Below are positions 22,193-32,362 of a DNA stretch of 64,000 bases, piece after piece; the stretch's first letter is position 1, and the number at the start of each line of letters is the position of its first letter. The DNA lies in assembly GCA_963796275.1 (NCBI GenBank), contig CAWCKY010000006.1:960001-1024000 (forward strand), in the 5' to 3' direction. Below the pieces are notes generated by a model, which saw only the letters and a program-made list of their open reading frames with translations, made no database searches and was not told where the DNA came from. Both the position numbers and the translations under genes were made by a program. Origin of the DNA: an uncultured Acidobacteriota bacterium. Lineage in GTDB: Bacteria; Acidobacteriota; Blastocatellia; RBC074.

Positions 22193-22276
22193 CCTGGGTA
22201 CGCACGCTTCCAGCGTGCCGGGATCCATCCATGGTCCGCTGCGAAACACAGCAGGCTGGAAGCGTGCGTACCCAGG
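22193..22276. repeat. REP-like doublet hairpin, probable transcript end for the upstream receptor gene
   Basis: CCTGGGTACGCACGCTTCCAGC...GCTGGAAGCGTGCGTACCCAGG, 22 bp perfect arms. Confidence 0.75.
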
Positions 22277-22284
22277 CGGTGAGA

Positions 22285-25200
22285 TCAGAAGAGGAACTTC
22301 AGCCCGAGCTGCCAGAAGCGCGGGAAGTTAGACTGTCTGATGTTGTTTTTGTTGATACCGCCGAAATCAGAATTGGTCGGATCAAGAATAAAAGCTCGTT
22401 CGTCATACTGTGGAGTATTGAAAAGATTATAGGCTTCGCCGCGCAATTGAATAGCCATTCTTTCATTGATGCGGAAGCGTTTGGAGAAATTGATGTCGAA
22501 TTGTTTGTACGAGGGCCGCCGCACGGTTTCAGAGCGATTCGGGGTGAGCCGGGTCGTGAATGGTTCACGGATGATAAACGACGGGGCTGTACATCCATAT
22601 TGTACGGAGTATGGCAGCAATTCCGGAACAAGTGCTCCCTGATCATTTCTACTATATTGCGCGACACAGGGTTTGACTCCCTGTATCCACTCCGCGCCGC
22701 CGACGAACCGCTTCTGCTCAACGTCGGCGTAGTTGGGATCGACTATGTCAACGTTGCCGGGAAGCTGCCAGGGGCGGCCTGAGTTGAAGAGGTACAAGCC
22801 CGCGGCTTCCCAACCGCCCAGCAGCAGATTGGTAAGTCCACCGGCATTCGATAGGAACCTTTTGCCTTTCCCGAACGGCAATTCCCAAACGCTCGAAATC
22901 GTGATGCGATGTGGGCGGTCAGCGAAGGCCAGGCCGCGGGCTTTGATTCCCGCGACATCGTCGATGTAAGAAACCGTGTTGTCCTGCTGCCCTGGCTGCT
23001 GAATCGCTTCTTCGATGGTCTTCGAGAAGGTGTAGGTGCTGTTGATCGATATTCCGCTCGCCATCCGTTTGTTGGCCGAAACCTGGAGCGAGTTGTACCA
23101 GACGCGGCCGTCATTCCGCTCAAATTCAGTGATGGCGCCGAACTGCGGGAATGGACGGCTCAACTCATAGCGGCTGAGTTGCGGGCTGGTGAACCGATCC
23201 GTACCCTCAAAACCCGGAACCTCGAAGAAGGGGTTCGGTAACAACGCATTGCAGATGCCGATGTCGCCACCTTTCGTGACGTCGCATTGATTACGGAATG
23301 CAAGACTAGGTTCGTTGATACCAGAGAAGCGGGACTGAGCATCGCGAGCGCGGCTCCCGACATAGCTGATCTCTGCCGCGATGTTCCATGGAAGTTGCCG
23401 CTGTATCCCCAGCGAGAAATTATCTACGTAGGGAACTTTGAAATCTGGATTGGAGTAGTTGAAAGAGCGTCCGAGAAACGTCTCCAATCCGAGACTCGCG
23501 CCCGCCGGTTGAGCGACGCCGTTCGGGAATGGGTTGCTGAAGCTAAGCAGAGATGTGCGGTTTTCGTTAATCGATGCAACGAACGGAGTCTGCACGCTGA
23601 AGCCGTTGGTTGGGTAACCGGGGTCGCCGACAGGGTTGACGAAGTAACGACCGAACCCCGCGCGTATTACCGTCTTTTCGTTCAACGAATATGCGATCCC
23701 GATGCGCGGCTGGATGTTATTGAGATCGCTCCTGACCGGTGTATTCGGATTGTTTCCGCCGGCAAATCCGAGTCCTCCAAATACCTGCGTCGCCCCGTTG
23801 AGCAGGTTCGAGCTATTAATGCGCGCGCTGATCGGGTTGATCGCTGTGGGATCGAAGCCGAAGTTGAGACGGTTATATCGCTCGACCGCGGGAAGGTTGA
23901 GGTCGTACCTCAATCCGAGATTGAGCGTCAGCCTGCGCGTAATTTTCCAGTCATCCTGAACCCACGGCGCATAGTATTTGTACATGTAGATCGGGAAGAC
24001 GTTGACATCTACGAAGCTCATTTGATTTCTCGCGCTGTTTAAACCCGTAGGCGCACCCAGCAGGAGCGCTGCCAGCGAACTCCCGCTTAACGCATCGGGG
24101 CGAGTGAAATTTTCTCCAGTGAAGGTGCGGTCGAAACTGAAAACCATCCCCGCGTTCCCGCTGGTTTGGCGGGCGTATTGCGTATATCGCATATCCAGGC
24201 CGAAGCGGATGCTATGCGAACCCTTGATGACCGACAGGTTCGGCTGGAAACTGAAGACGTTGGTCGGCTCATTGCTGAAGGTGCCCCGGCCGAGCTGGAT
24301 AGTCTCCACATCCGTCCCTGTACTATAGAGATTGATGCGTGGGAACATCCTGGTCGGCAACTGACCTGATAGCGACGAAGGGAAACCGAGTTGCGTGGCA
24401 TCGAAGTCAAGCCCCGGTTCGGATCTGGCCGCCTCGATGTAGCGATTAGCGGATGCGCGCACGTTCAACACCAGATTGCCGTTGAAAGTATGCACCCAAT
24501 CGGCGACGCCGGCGTAGTTGAAGCGTTCGAGCGGCAATTGTCCGTCCTGAGCAGGTCCGGAGGTGATGGCATTTGTCCATCGAATCTCCTTGCGGAGATT
24601 GTATCCATAACGGAAGAAGACCCTGTCATTTGTGCCGATGACCTGATCGATCTTGAAGAGCCAGTTTTTGAACTCGTCATTGGCGATGTTGGGAATGTCG
24701 GCGTAGTTGTTGCGCCAGGGTTCACCCCCTGGCGTTGACGTGTTCGGTCTGGGATATAAGGCCAGGAGGTTCTTCGCCACCGGATTGATCCGGTCCGGAC
24801 AGATGACGTTTAAGACGCCTTCGCACTGGATTTGATTGCGGACCCACCGATCGCCATCCGGCTGGCCTGTGGCCGGATCGTATATCGGGATGACCTGGCC
24901 CGTGCTGTTCTTGTATTCCCTGAAATCGCCCTGAATGAAGGCATCAGTCGGCACGGTGATAACCTGCGGATTCGGAGTGCCTTCCCGGTAGCCCTCGTAG
25001 TTAAAGAGGAAGAACGATTTGTCACGCCCGTCATAGCCCGCCGGACCGAAGACCTTCTTGGGCAGCCATATCGGCCCACCGATCACTCCACCATACTGAT
25101 CGAGGTAGTGTTCGGCTTTTACCAAATCGCCCGAAGCGGTTCTAAAGCGGCCGGCCGGTATGCCGCGCGCGTTGGAGAAGAGATAGTTCGAGTCCAACCA

Positions 25201-25989
25201 GTTACGGCGATAGAACTCATATAGCGAGCCGTGGAATTGATTGCCACCGGATTTAATCTGTACATTGACGACGCCGCCCGCAGTTCGCCCATATTGCGCA
25301 TCATAAGAGTTGGTGACGATCTTGAACTCACCGACCGCATCCACCGGCGGCACATAAGCGATGTTGTTTCCGCCCTGAATCGAATTGTTCGGCGCGCCGT
25401 CGAGCAGAAATTCGTTGCTGCGGTTAAGTCCGCCGTTGATCGACCAATCGGCGATAGCGCCGTTGTCGAACGGGCGTTGATAAATGGCCGGGCCGTTGTA
25501 TGTGATTCCCGGCGTCAGCGTCGAGAGCATAAACGGGTTGCGCGCGTTGAGCGGCAACTCGACGATGCGACGGTTCTCAATCACATTGCCGCGATCCGCT
25601 TTTGTCTCTTCGAGCAGCGTGGTGGCATCGGCGGTGATCGTAACGGTTTCGCTGGTCGCGCCAAGTTCGAGCGTCACATCGATAGTGGCCGTCTGGCTGA
25701 CTTGCAGCGCCTGGTTGTCACGGATGTACTTCTTGAAGCCCGGGGCTTCAATGCTGATGCTATAGACGCCGGGATTGAGGAAGGGAACGGTGTAAACGCC
25801 ATTCGAGTTTGTTACGACAGTCACAGCCTCATTAGTCTGAGGATTGCGAACTATGACAACCGCGTTTGCGATCGCAGCATTTGATGGATCTACCACGCGC
25901 CCCGTTACCGTTGCGCGGAATTCCTGCCCGAAAGCCGGTAATGACAGCAGGCAGAGCCAGAGCAGCAATATCGCAGGATGCTTTTTCAT
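22285..25989 (-). CDS. TonB-dependent/Oar-like outer-membrane receptor (1234 aa)
   Basis: Signal peptide, CarboxypepD_reg-like N-domain, plug LPLNARNPF...YDAQYGRTAGG...KSGGNQFHG, QDDWK...LNLGLRYD, and C-terminal QLGLKFLF. Confidence 0.92.
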   Translation of the reverse strand: MKKHPAILLLWLCLLSLPAFGQEFRATVTGRVVDPSNAAIANAVVIVRNPQTNEAVTVVTNSNGVYTVPFLNPGVYSISIEAPGFKKYIRDNQALQVSQTATIDVTLELGATSETVTITADATTLLEETKADRGNVIENRRIVELPLNARNPFMLSTLTPGITYNGPAIYQRPFDNGAIADWSINGGLNRSNEFLLDGAPNNSIQGGNNIAYVPPVDAVGEFKIVTNSYDAQYGRTAGGVVNVQIKSGGNQFHGSLYEFYRRNWLDSNYLFSNARGIPAGRFRTASGDLVKAEHYLDQYGGVIGGPIWLPKKVFGPAGYDGRDKSFFLFNYEGYREGTPNPQVITVPTDAFIQGDFREYKNSTGQVIPIYDPATGQPDGDRWVRNQIQCEGVLNVICPDRINPVAKNLLALYPRPNTSTPGGEPWRNNYADIPNIANDEFKNWLFKIDQVIGTNDRVFFRYGYNLRKEIRWTNAITSGPAQDGQLPLERFNYAGVADWVHTFNGNLVLNVRASANRYIEAARSEPGLDFDATQLGFPSSLSGQLPTRMFPRINLYSTGTDVETIQLGRGTFSNEPTNVFSFQPNLSVIKGSHSIRFGLDMRYTQYARQTSGNAGMVFSFDRTFTGENFTRPDALSGSSLAALLLGAPTGLNSARNQMSFVDVNVFPIYMYKYYAPWVQDDWKITRRLTLNLGLRYDLNLPAVERYNRLNFGFDPTAINPISARINSSNLLNGATQVFGGLGFAGGNNPNTPVRSDLNNIQPRIGIAYSLNEKTVIRAGFGRYFVNPVGDPGYPTNGFSVQTPFVASINENRTSLLSFSNPFPNGVAQPAGASLGLETFLGRSFNYSNPDFKVPYVDNFSLGIQRQLPWNIAAEISYVGSRARDAQSRFSGINEPSLAFRNQCDVTKGGDIGICNALLPNPFFEVPGFEGTDRFTSPQLSRYELSRPFPQFGAITEFERNDGRVWYNSLQVSANKRMASGISINSTYTFSKTIEEAIQQPGQQDNTVSYIDDVAGIKARGLAFADRPHRITISSVWELPFGKGKRFLSNAGGLTNLLLGGWEAAGLYLFNSGRPWQLPGNVDIVDPNYADVEQKRFVGGAEWIQGVKPCVAQYSRNDQGALVPELLPYSVQYGCTAPSFIIREPFTTRLTPNRSETVRRPSYKQFDINFSKRFRINERMAIQLRGEAYNLFNTPQYDERAFILDPTNSDFGGINKNNIRQSNFPRFWQLGLKFLF

Positions 25990-26039
25990 CTAGGTCTCCT
26001 TAGGAAATATGAGGGAGGATGCAGTATCTCCCGCCCCTT

Positions 26040-27497
26040 CTATTTTTTTCGATGAATCGCAACTCCGTCATACAACGAAGCGCCACCACCAGGTGCGATC
26101 AAAACCGTCCTGGCCAATTGAAGGGGCAGGCTGAGCGGAGTGACTACAGATGATGGAACTGTCTGCAATTCATTGTGAATGAGATAACCGCCTTCAACCA
26201 TCATCGCAGCGATATTGGCTAAAGCGTATATAAGTTCAGTCTGTTTGAAGTAAGGAAAAACGTTGGTTACGACTATGAGGTCGAAATTCGGCGCCGGTTC
26301 ATAACGCTCAGTGATGATGTTCAAGCGGTCGACGCTGATTATCTCGCCGATCTCAGGGCTAATCCTGATCTCCTTTTTCAAATGCGAGTCATAGGTCGCG
26401 GGGACTTTAAGGTCGGCCTCGTGGCCTATGATTTTTCCGAGTACGCGAAAATATTCTCTGAATTCGCGAGTCAATGGACGTGAAGAGGTGTCTGTGATAC
26501 CGGAAAGAATTGATAACGTTATTTGTTTATTCTGTTTCAACCCACTCAGGTAATTAATGACCCGCTGGTTGATATCGACACAGTGAATCTGTAGATGCGC
26601 GGCGTCCGCCAGCTTCAGACCGATCAAAGCATCGACGACGGCAAATGGCTGATAACTCTGCGGCCCGAAGAGGTCGATCAAATCGGTCCGCGGAGCGAAA
26701 TCGAGCCCCGGACCGACGATCAGAACTTTTCTGATTCTGGTCGACGGCGATTGCGCCTTGAGCGAAGCGAGCGCGACATAGACGGCGTAATTCGCTTCAA
26801 TCTGCGTATCTGTGCTATGACCTCGATCCTGATAGAGCGAGCCAATTAAAGCTGCGTGCTGCTCCTTTTCGATCGCGCGTGAGGCAAATTCCTTCAGGTA
26901 AAGAAATTTCATCGACCGGGCATACTCGGAATATAGATGCTGATCGAGAGGAGTTGAGGAATCGGATGTTTGGCTCAACAGGCTTTTGCAATAGTTCATT
27001 CTCTCATCCGAGGATTGCCGGCTGATAGCCACGATGAAGTCCATCATCCTCGCACGTGCCGGTTTCGGCATTCTCTCTTTCGATGGCAGATAGGCCGATC
27101 CATCAGTCAAATACTTTTTTCTGTCCGCATCACTCAAACCGCTGACGAATCCCCGAGAGCTAAGCGCCGGTTCGATTCGGGGCTGTTGGGTGAATGTCAT
27201 GGATTGCAGAAGGAAATAGATGAGGTGATCGTATTCGCCGCGAACCTCGCGACTGTCCGTATCCTTCTTGATCGAACTGATGTGGGTTGAAAAATTTCCT
27301 GCATCGATCCCTCGCGATTCGAGCCATGGGTAGAACTGTGGGGGAATATCTGTGAATACAATCTGATCTTTTCTGAATCTTGTGGTGATCTGCGCTCCGG
27401 TGGGATAAAAAGAAAAGGCAGCGAGCGCGCACGTCAGTAGCAGCGCTGGATGAAAAATTACCTGTATTGAGCGCCTGTACGGACGATTGCTCATCAA
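26040..27497 (-). CDS. Signal-peptide-bearing protein with C-terminal class I SAM-methyltransferase-like fold
   Basis: VLIVGPG, HCVDIN, FDLIVVTNVFPYF and MMVEGGYLIHN match the order of class I motifs. N-terminal LLLTCALAAFSFYPTGA-Q is signal-like. Confidence 0.6.
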   Translation of the reverse strand: MMSNRPYRRSIQVIFHPALLLTCALAAFSFYPTGAQITTRFRKDQIVFTDIPPQFYPWLESRGIDAGNFSTHISSIKKDTDSREVRGEYDHLIYFLLQSMTFTQQPRIEPALSSRGFVSGLSDADRKKYLTDGSAYLPSKERMPKPARARMMDFIVAISRQSSDERMNYCKSLLSQTSDSSTPLDQHLYSEYARSMKFLYLKEFASRAIEKEQHAALIGSLYQDRGHSTDTQIEANYAVYVALASLKAQSPSTRIRKVLIVGPGLDFAPRTDLIDLFGPQSYQPFAVVDALIGLKLADAAHLQIHCVDINQRVINYLSGLKQNKQITLSILSGITDTSSRPLTREFREYFRVLGKIIGHEADLKVPATYDSHLKKEIRISPEIGEIISVDRLNIITERYEPAPNFDLIVVTNVFPYFKQTELIYALANIAAMMVEGGYLIHNELQTVPSSVVTPLSLPLQLARTVLIAPGGGASLYDGVAIHRKK

Positions 27498-27559
27498 ATC
27501 TTGCTCTCTTGCTCAGACAATTGCACGTAGACCGCTCTACTAAGCGGATAAACTTCTTC

Positions 27560-27690
27560 CCCAAACGACGAGTAAACCTCGCCGACCCCGATGGAAATTA
27601 GTCAATTTGAACTCATCCAAGCAAAGAGTGTGTCTATTTGATGATTTTTCATATCCTAATATATGAAAACTATTTTGTCTCGTATTTTAT
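27560..27690. promoter_or_regulatory. Conserved upstream block, copy 1 (shared with the region upstream of 31666)
   Basis: ATTTGAACTCATCCAAGCAAAGAGTGTGTCTATTT...TATTTTGTCTCGTATTTT is nearly identical to 32167-32250. CGACGAGTAAA occurs at ~27566 and ~31944. Confidence 0.6.
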
Positions 27691-27815
27691 TATTTGATTT
27701 ATTTAGTCTTGTGAAAGCAGATTGCTGGGGGATACTTCGAGGGAAGGAGATTGTGGAATCCTGATCATGTTTCGATACAATCGCGCGCGCAGAAAATCAA
27801 ACGAAAAGAACTGAA

Positions 27816-27891
27816 GTTTGGAGTTCCGCCTTCAGGCGGTCTGAAAATCACGTAGGGAAGAAAAAGACCGCGTAAACGCGGAACTCCAAAC
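27816..27891. repeat. REP-like doublet
   Basis: GTTTGGAGTTCCGCCTTCAGGCGGTCT...AGACCGCGTAAACGCGGAACTCCAAAC. Confidence 0.75.
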
Positions 27892-27924
27892 GCGATCTTT
27901 ATAGAGTGTGGAAAGCAATTTTAG

Positions 27925-27973
27925 AAAAAGCTGAACGCCGCCACCTGCGCTTGAAATCACAGGGGCGGCGTCA
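27925..27973 (-). terminator. Candidate intrinsic terminator of the 27995..31666 gene
   Basis: ACGCCGCC/GGCGGCGT stem about 20 nt after the stop, followed on the minus strand by a T-run. Confidence 0.5.
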
Positions 27974-27994
27974 CGTTTTGGCCTCATACGGTTG

Positions 27995-30900
27995 CTACCA
28001 GGTGAACTTCATAGCTAACTGGATGTGGCGCGGATAAGTTACCTCCGTATCACCCGCCAGGCGCGGGAAAATGCTGCCGAAGTTCCGGTCATTCGGGTCG
28101 CCGGTGAACTGGCGGCTGCGATACGAGTATGTGTTAGTGAAATTGAACATCTCGACGCGAAACTGGAGTTTGAGCCGTTCATTGATATTGGTCATCTTAT
28201 TGAACGACACATCGAAACTCGGCGGCGAATGCAGCCTGAGCGAGGGATGGCGGAAGGACGTGAAGCGGGGTGAATATGATGGTTTGCGAATCACGTCGAC
28301 ATTATTCAAAGTGCAGCCATCCAGATTTGCGCTGTACCCCATCAACACCGTCTGTCCATTGTCGTTGATGCGCGCGGAGCAGACTCCGCGTCTGCTCGGG
28401 TTGGTCTTGTCGGGATATGTCCTGAACGCCCACACCTGGTCAGAGCCCTTCCACTGGATATCTTTTATGACCGCGTCCTGGTTGAGCCACATGATGTTTT
28501 CGTTCAGATCCCACGGACGGCCCGACTGGATTTGAGTGATCATCGTCGCCTCCCAGCCGCTCACCAGGCGTCCGAACAAGCCGTGCTTGATGTTGAACAG
28601 CTTCTTGCCTTCACCGAACGGCAACTGGTAGACCATCCCCGCCGTGAAGCGATGCGGACGATCAGCCCAGTATAGTCCGCGCTGCATGATTCCCCTTTGC
28701 TGATCATTCCAGCCCCACGCCTCGATCTGCTTCGAGAACGTATAGGTCGCTACAAGGTTCATGCCGCTTCGGGCGCGCTTCTCGAAAGTTACCTGCATCG
28801 AATCGTAGTTGATGCCGCCGTCGTTGCGCCCCACTTCAGTGATGCCTCCGAAGTGTGGGTATGGGCGTGCGAGGTCCCACCGCGAAACAGTATCTGAGAT
28901 GTGGCGACTCGTTAACTGGAACGGATCCAGACCCTTGAATGGGTTGGTCAGCCCTTCGTTGCAGAAGGCCGGGCTGCCGCCTTCGAGGGGATTACACTTC
29001 TGTCGCATCGCCAGATCGGGCTCGTTGAAGGCGCGGTTGGTTTGCAGCTTCCTTGTGCGATTGCCCACGTAGGATAGTTCTATCTTCGCCTCCCACGGCA
29101 GTTGATATTGGAAGCCAAAGGAGAATTGGTGTACGTACGGCACCTGGAAGTTCGGGTTGACGAAATCAAATCCCCGGCCAAGGTAAGTCTCCTCGCCACC
29201 GTCGCTGCCCTGAGGGATGGCGAAGCCGTCAGGGAACGGATTGCCGAGCACGCCCAGCACTCCGTTCGGCCCTTCTCCAATCGGCCTCCTACCGCCATTG
29301 AGGGAGTTGACGACTCCAGTCGAAACCGCAAAGCCGGCGAACTGGAGATAGTCGTTGCCGGGATTGACGTAATAGATGCCCCAACCGCCGCGCATGACCA
29401 ACTTTTCCTTCAGCATGTAAGCGAATCCGACGCGCGGCTGGATGTTGTTCCAGTCGATGTTGGCGGGTGTACGCGAAAGGCCGTTGACGCCTGCAAACTG
29501 CAAGCTGCCCATCAATTGCGATGTATACGGGAGTAGAGAGCGGTTGACTATGCTATCTACTGGATTGGTGACATTCGGGTCAAACCCGCGATTTAGCCGG
29601 TCATAGCGCTCATTCGGGGCGACATTGACGTCCCAGCGTACGCCCAGATTGAGGGTTAACTTGGGACTCACTTTCCAGTCGTTCTGGAACCAGGGCGCAT
29701 AATACTTGCCGAGTGTGGTGGAGAAGAGGTTGTAATCGATGTTGCCGCCCACGTAGCCGAGTAGGAATGTCGCGACCCCGTTGCCGCTGAGATCGTCTCC
29801 CTCATTCCAGAGCCTCTGTGTGAAGTTTCGACCTGAAGTCAGACGAAACACGTTACCCTGATTCTTCTGGATGTACTGGGTCCAGCGCATATCAACGCCG
29901 CCGCGCCAGGTCTGCGATCCGCGAATCCAGGTGAAGGTCGGATGCATCGCCACTGTGTTCGTGACGTTGGAACCCGCATACCGGCCAAGTGCCGGGTAGC
30001 CATCGCCAACCTCATAGCGCCCGAACCTCGGCTCGAATGGAAGCGAATTGACGAGCGCCGAAGGGAATCCGAGCGACGTCAGGTCAAATCCGAGGTTGCC
30101 GATTCCATTACCTTCTTCGATGAAACGGTTGAAGGAGGTGCGGAAGTTGAAGATGAAAGTCGGCGAGAATGTGGCCAGATGGTCCAGCACGAATGCATCG
30201 TTGATGCGTTTGAACGGATGTTGGCCGTCCTGCCCGAAGCCTGTTGTAATGCCATTAACGTTGCGGTCCTCCGTCCGGTCATTATTGGCCCAGCGGATGT
30301 AAGACCTGTGTCTCTCGTTGAATTGATGGTCGAGCTTGACGACGTAGTTGTAAAACGCGTCTGTCGCCAGGTTCGGTGCGAAAAAGAAGTTGTTGCGCCC
30401 ATAGGCCGCCGCGGGATCGACGGAGTTCGGTTTTGGATAGAAACTGAGAATCCTCTGCGCGATGGGATTGATCCGATCTCTGGGGATCTTGTTGCAGGGT
30501 GTGCCCTCAGGCACGCCGCCGATCGGGTTGCCAGCCGCATCGCACTTGAACGGAGTGCGCGCCCAGTTGTTCGCCTCAGTAGCTGATAACGGATCGTAGA
30601 TGGTGATCGGGTTTCCCGCGGCATCCGCCAGCCCGCTGAAATCGCCGTTCATCATCTCCGGCGTCGGCACCGATAGCGTCAACGGCTGCGGCACGCCCTC
30701 GCGATAACCCTCGTAGTTGACCATGAAGAATGTCTTGTCCCGCCCGTTAAAGAGCCCCGGGATGTATACCGGACCTTCGAGTTGCACGCCGTACTGGTCG
30801 AGATAGTGTTGGGCCTTATCCGCGCCCCTGGCATTTAGCCGGAAATCGGTCGCGTCGAGCCATTGGCGGCGCATGAATTCGTAGATCGAGCCGTGGAATG

Positions 30901-31666
30901 CATTGGTTCCGCTGCGCAGATTGACGTTGATGATGCCGCCCGTGGTTTTGCCGTACTGGGCATCATAGGTGTTGGTCATGATCTTGAAGTCCTGCACCGA
31001 ATCGACCGGGGGAACATAGGCGATGTTGTTGCCGCCCGCCTGCCCGTTGTTGGGCGCTCCATCGAGCAGGAATTCATTGCCGCGCGACTGGCTGCCGTTG
31101 ATCGTCCATTCGGCGATCGCGCCGTTGTCGAAGGGACGCTGCCAGATGGAAGCTCCGTTGAAGTTCACCCCGGCAGTCAGGATGCCGAGCATAAAGGGAT
31201 TGCGCGCATTGAGGGGCAATTCGATGACGCGCTGGCGATCGATCACGCCGCCGCGGTCGGCGGTCGCCGATTCGAGCAGCGGGGCTTCGCCCTGAACCGT
31301 CACCTGTTCACTGATGCTTCCGGGCTCGAGCGCAACATCGATCGTGGCGACCTGATTGATCACGAGTTCGACGTTTTCGCGCACGGCTTTCTTGAAACCT
31401 GTCACCTCGACTGAGACCGAATAGGTTCCTGGTCGAAGAAGCGGAGCTTTATAGTTCCCCGCACTATCGGTCGTGGCTGTCGTCGTTTCATTGGTGCCGA
31501 TATTCCTCACCGTCACCTGAGCGTTCGGAATGGCCGCCTTATTTGAGTCGGTGATGCGGCCGGTGATAGTGGCGCGAAAATCTTGCGCCGATGGCGCTAT
31601 CGACAACAATAACGACAGCGATAGGGGGAGTAGAAGAGTAAATAGGGTTCGAGGTGCTCTGCCCAT
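27995..31666 (-). CDS. TonB-dependent/Oar-like receptor (intact paralog of 18259..21966)
   Basis: ATG 31666 with AGGAGG SD. Same domain architecture, ending HIQLAMKFTW. Confidence 0.92.
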   Translation of the reverse strand: MGRAPRTLFTLLLPLSLSLLLSIAPSAQDFRATITGRITDSNKAAIPNAQVTVRNIGTNETTTATTDSAGNYKAPLLRPGTYSVSVEVTGFKKAVRENVELVINQVATIDVALEPGSISEQVTVQGEAPLLESATADRGGVIDRQRVIELPLNARNPFMLGILTAGVNFNGASIWQRPFDNGAIAEWTINGSQSRGNEFLLDGAPNNGQAGGNNIAYVPPVDSVQDFKIMTNTYDAQYGKTTGGIINVNLRSGTNAFHGSIYEFMRRQWLDATDFRLNARGADKAQHYLDQYGVQLEGPVYIPGLFNGRDKTFFMVNYEGYREGVPQPLTLSVPTPEMMNGDFSGLADAAGNPITIYDPLSATEANNWARTPFKCDAAGNPIGGVPEGTPCNKIPRDRINPIAQRILSFYPKPNSVDPAAAYGRNNFFFAPNLATDAFYNYVVKLDHQFNERHRSYIRWANNDRTEDRNVNGITTGFGQDGQHPFKRINDAFVLDHLATFSPTFIFNFRTSFNRFIEEGNGIGNLGFDLTSLGFPSALVNSLPFEPRFGRYEVGDGYPALGRYAGSNVTNTVAMHPTFTWIRGSQTWRGGVDMRWTQYIQKNQGNVFRLTSGRNFTQRLWNEGDDLSGNGVATFLLGYVGGNIDYNLFSTTLGKYYAPWFQNDWKVSPKLTLNLGVRWDVNVAPNERYDRLNRGFDPNVTNPVDSIVNRSLLPYTSQLMGSLQFAGVNGLSRTPANIDWNNIQPRVGFAYMLKEKLVMRGGWGIYYVNPGNDYLQFAGFAVSTGVVNSLNGGRRPIGEGPNGVLGVLGNPFPDGFAIPQGSDGGEETYLGRGFDFVNPNFQVPYVHQFSFGFQYQLPWEAKIELSYVGNRTRKLQTNRAFNEPDLAMRQKCNPLEGGSPAFCNEGLTNPFKGLDPFQLTSRHISDTVSRWDLARPYPHFGGITEVGRNDGGINYDSMQVTFEKRARSGMNLVATYTFSKQIEAWGWNDQQRGIMQRGLYWADRPHRFTAGMVYQLPFGEGKKLFNIKHGLFGRLVSGWEATMITQIQSGRPWDLNENIMWLNQDAVIKDIQWKGSDQVWAFRTYPDKTNPSRRGVCSARINDNGQTVLMGYSANLDGCTLNNVDVIRKPSYSPRFTSFRHPSLRLHSPPSFDVSFNKMTNINERLKLQFRVEMFNFTNTYSYRSRQFTGDPNDRNFGSIFPRLAGDTEVTYPRHIQLAMKFTW

Positions 31667-32159
31667 ATGGACCTCCTGCCCGCTCCGATCTCCTCGGACT
31701 TTGGGCGAATGTTGAGATGTTATGAACGCGGCGAACAAACGATAGGTGTAGTCGCCACAGGGAGAAAAGATCGAGTGAATTGCCGGTTAGCTTTTCGATG
31801 TATGGCAAGCCCGCCGTACAACGAAGAACCACACTTCGGTGCGACGATGGTCCAGGCGCCGGATGATATGCCGACTGCTTACGCGCCTTTACCCCCGCTG
31901 GCTCAGTACAATCTTGCCCTCTCGCTCAGATAGACCTCTCCTGCGACGAGTAAAATTCACCCCGCCTCAAGGAAATAGAGCGAACGCGAGTACCAAGGTA
32001 GGAACCGAACCGTTTATTTTATGGTCTTATTTTAGATGCTCTGGGTCGAGACGAACGCGATATACGCCTCATCGCATCCAACCAAATTCACAGTGTTGGG
32101 TCCAATCTAAATTATCTAATCGGTGAATAGGTGAAACGGTTATCGCCACACTGAATCAA

Positions 32160-32255
32160 TTGTTCGATTTGAATTCATCCAAGCAAAGAGTTTGTCTATT
32201 TAATGATGTTCTTATCATAATGCATCCAAATTATTTTGTCTCGTATTTTTTTATG
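32160..32255. promoter_or_regulatory. Conserved upstream block, copy 2
   Basis: ATTTGAATTCATCCAAGCAAAGAGTTTGTCTATTT...TATTTTGTCTCGTATTTT. Confidence 0.6.
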
Positions 32256-32362
32256 GATATTGATTAATTTTTATCGAGATGAGAGGAATTTTTATGAGCG
32301 GATTGGGAGGTTTGGAGCCAGGTAAAACACGGAGAATCAACAGAAAAACAAGGCCTTGATTC

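Noticed and set aside
18259-31666. Diversity-generating retroelement (TR/VR pair) explaining the receptor paralogs
   Set aside because: No reverse transcriptase is present. Similarity spans whole genes, and the differences include indels and all base types rather than adenine-specific changes.
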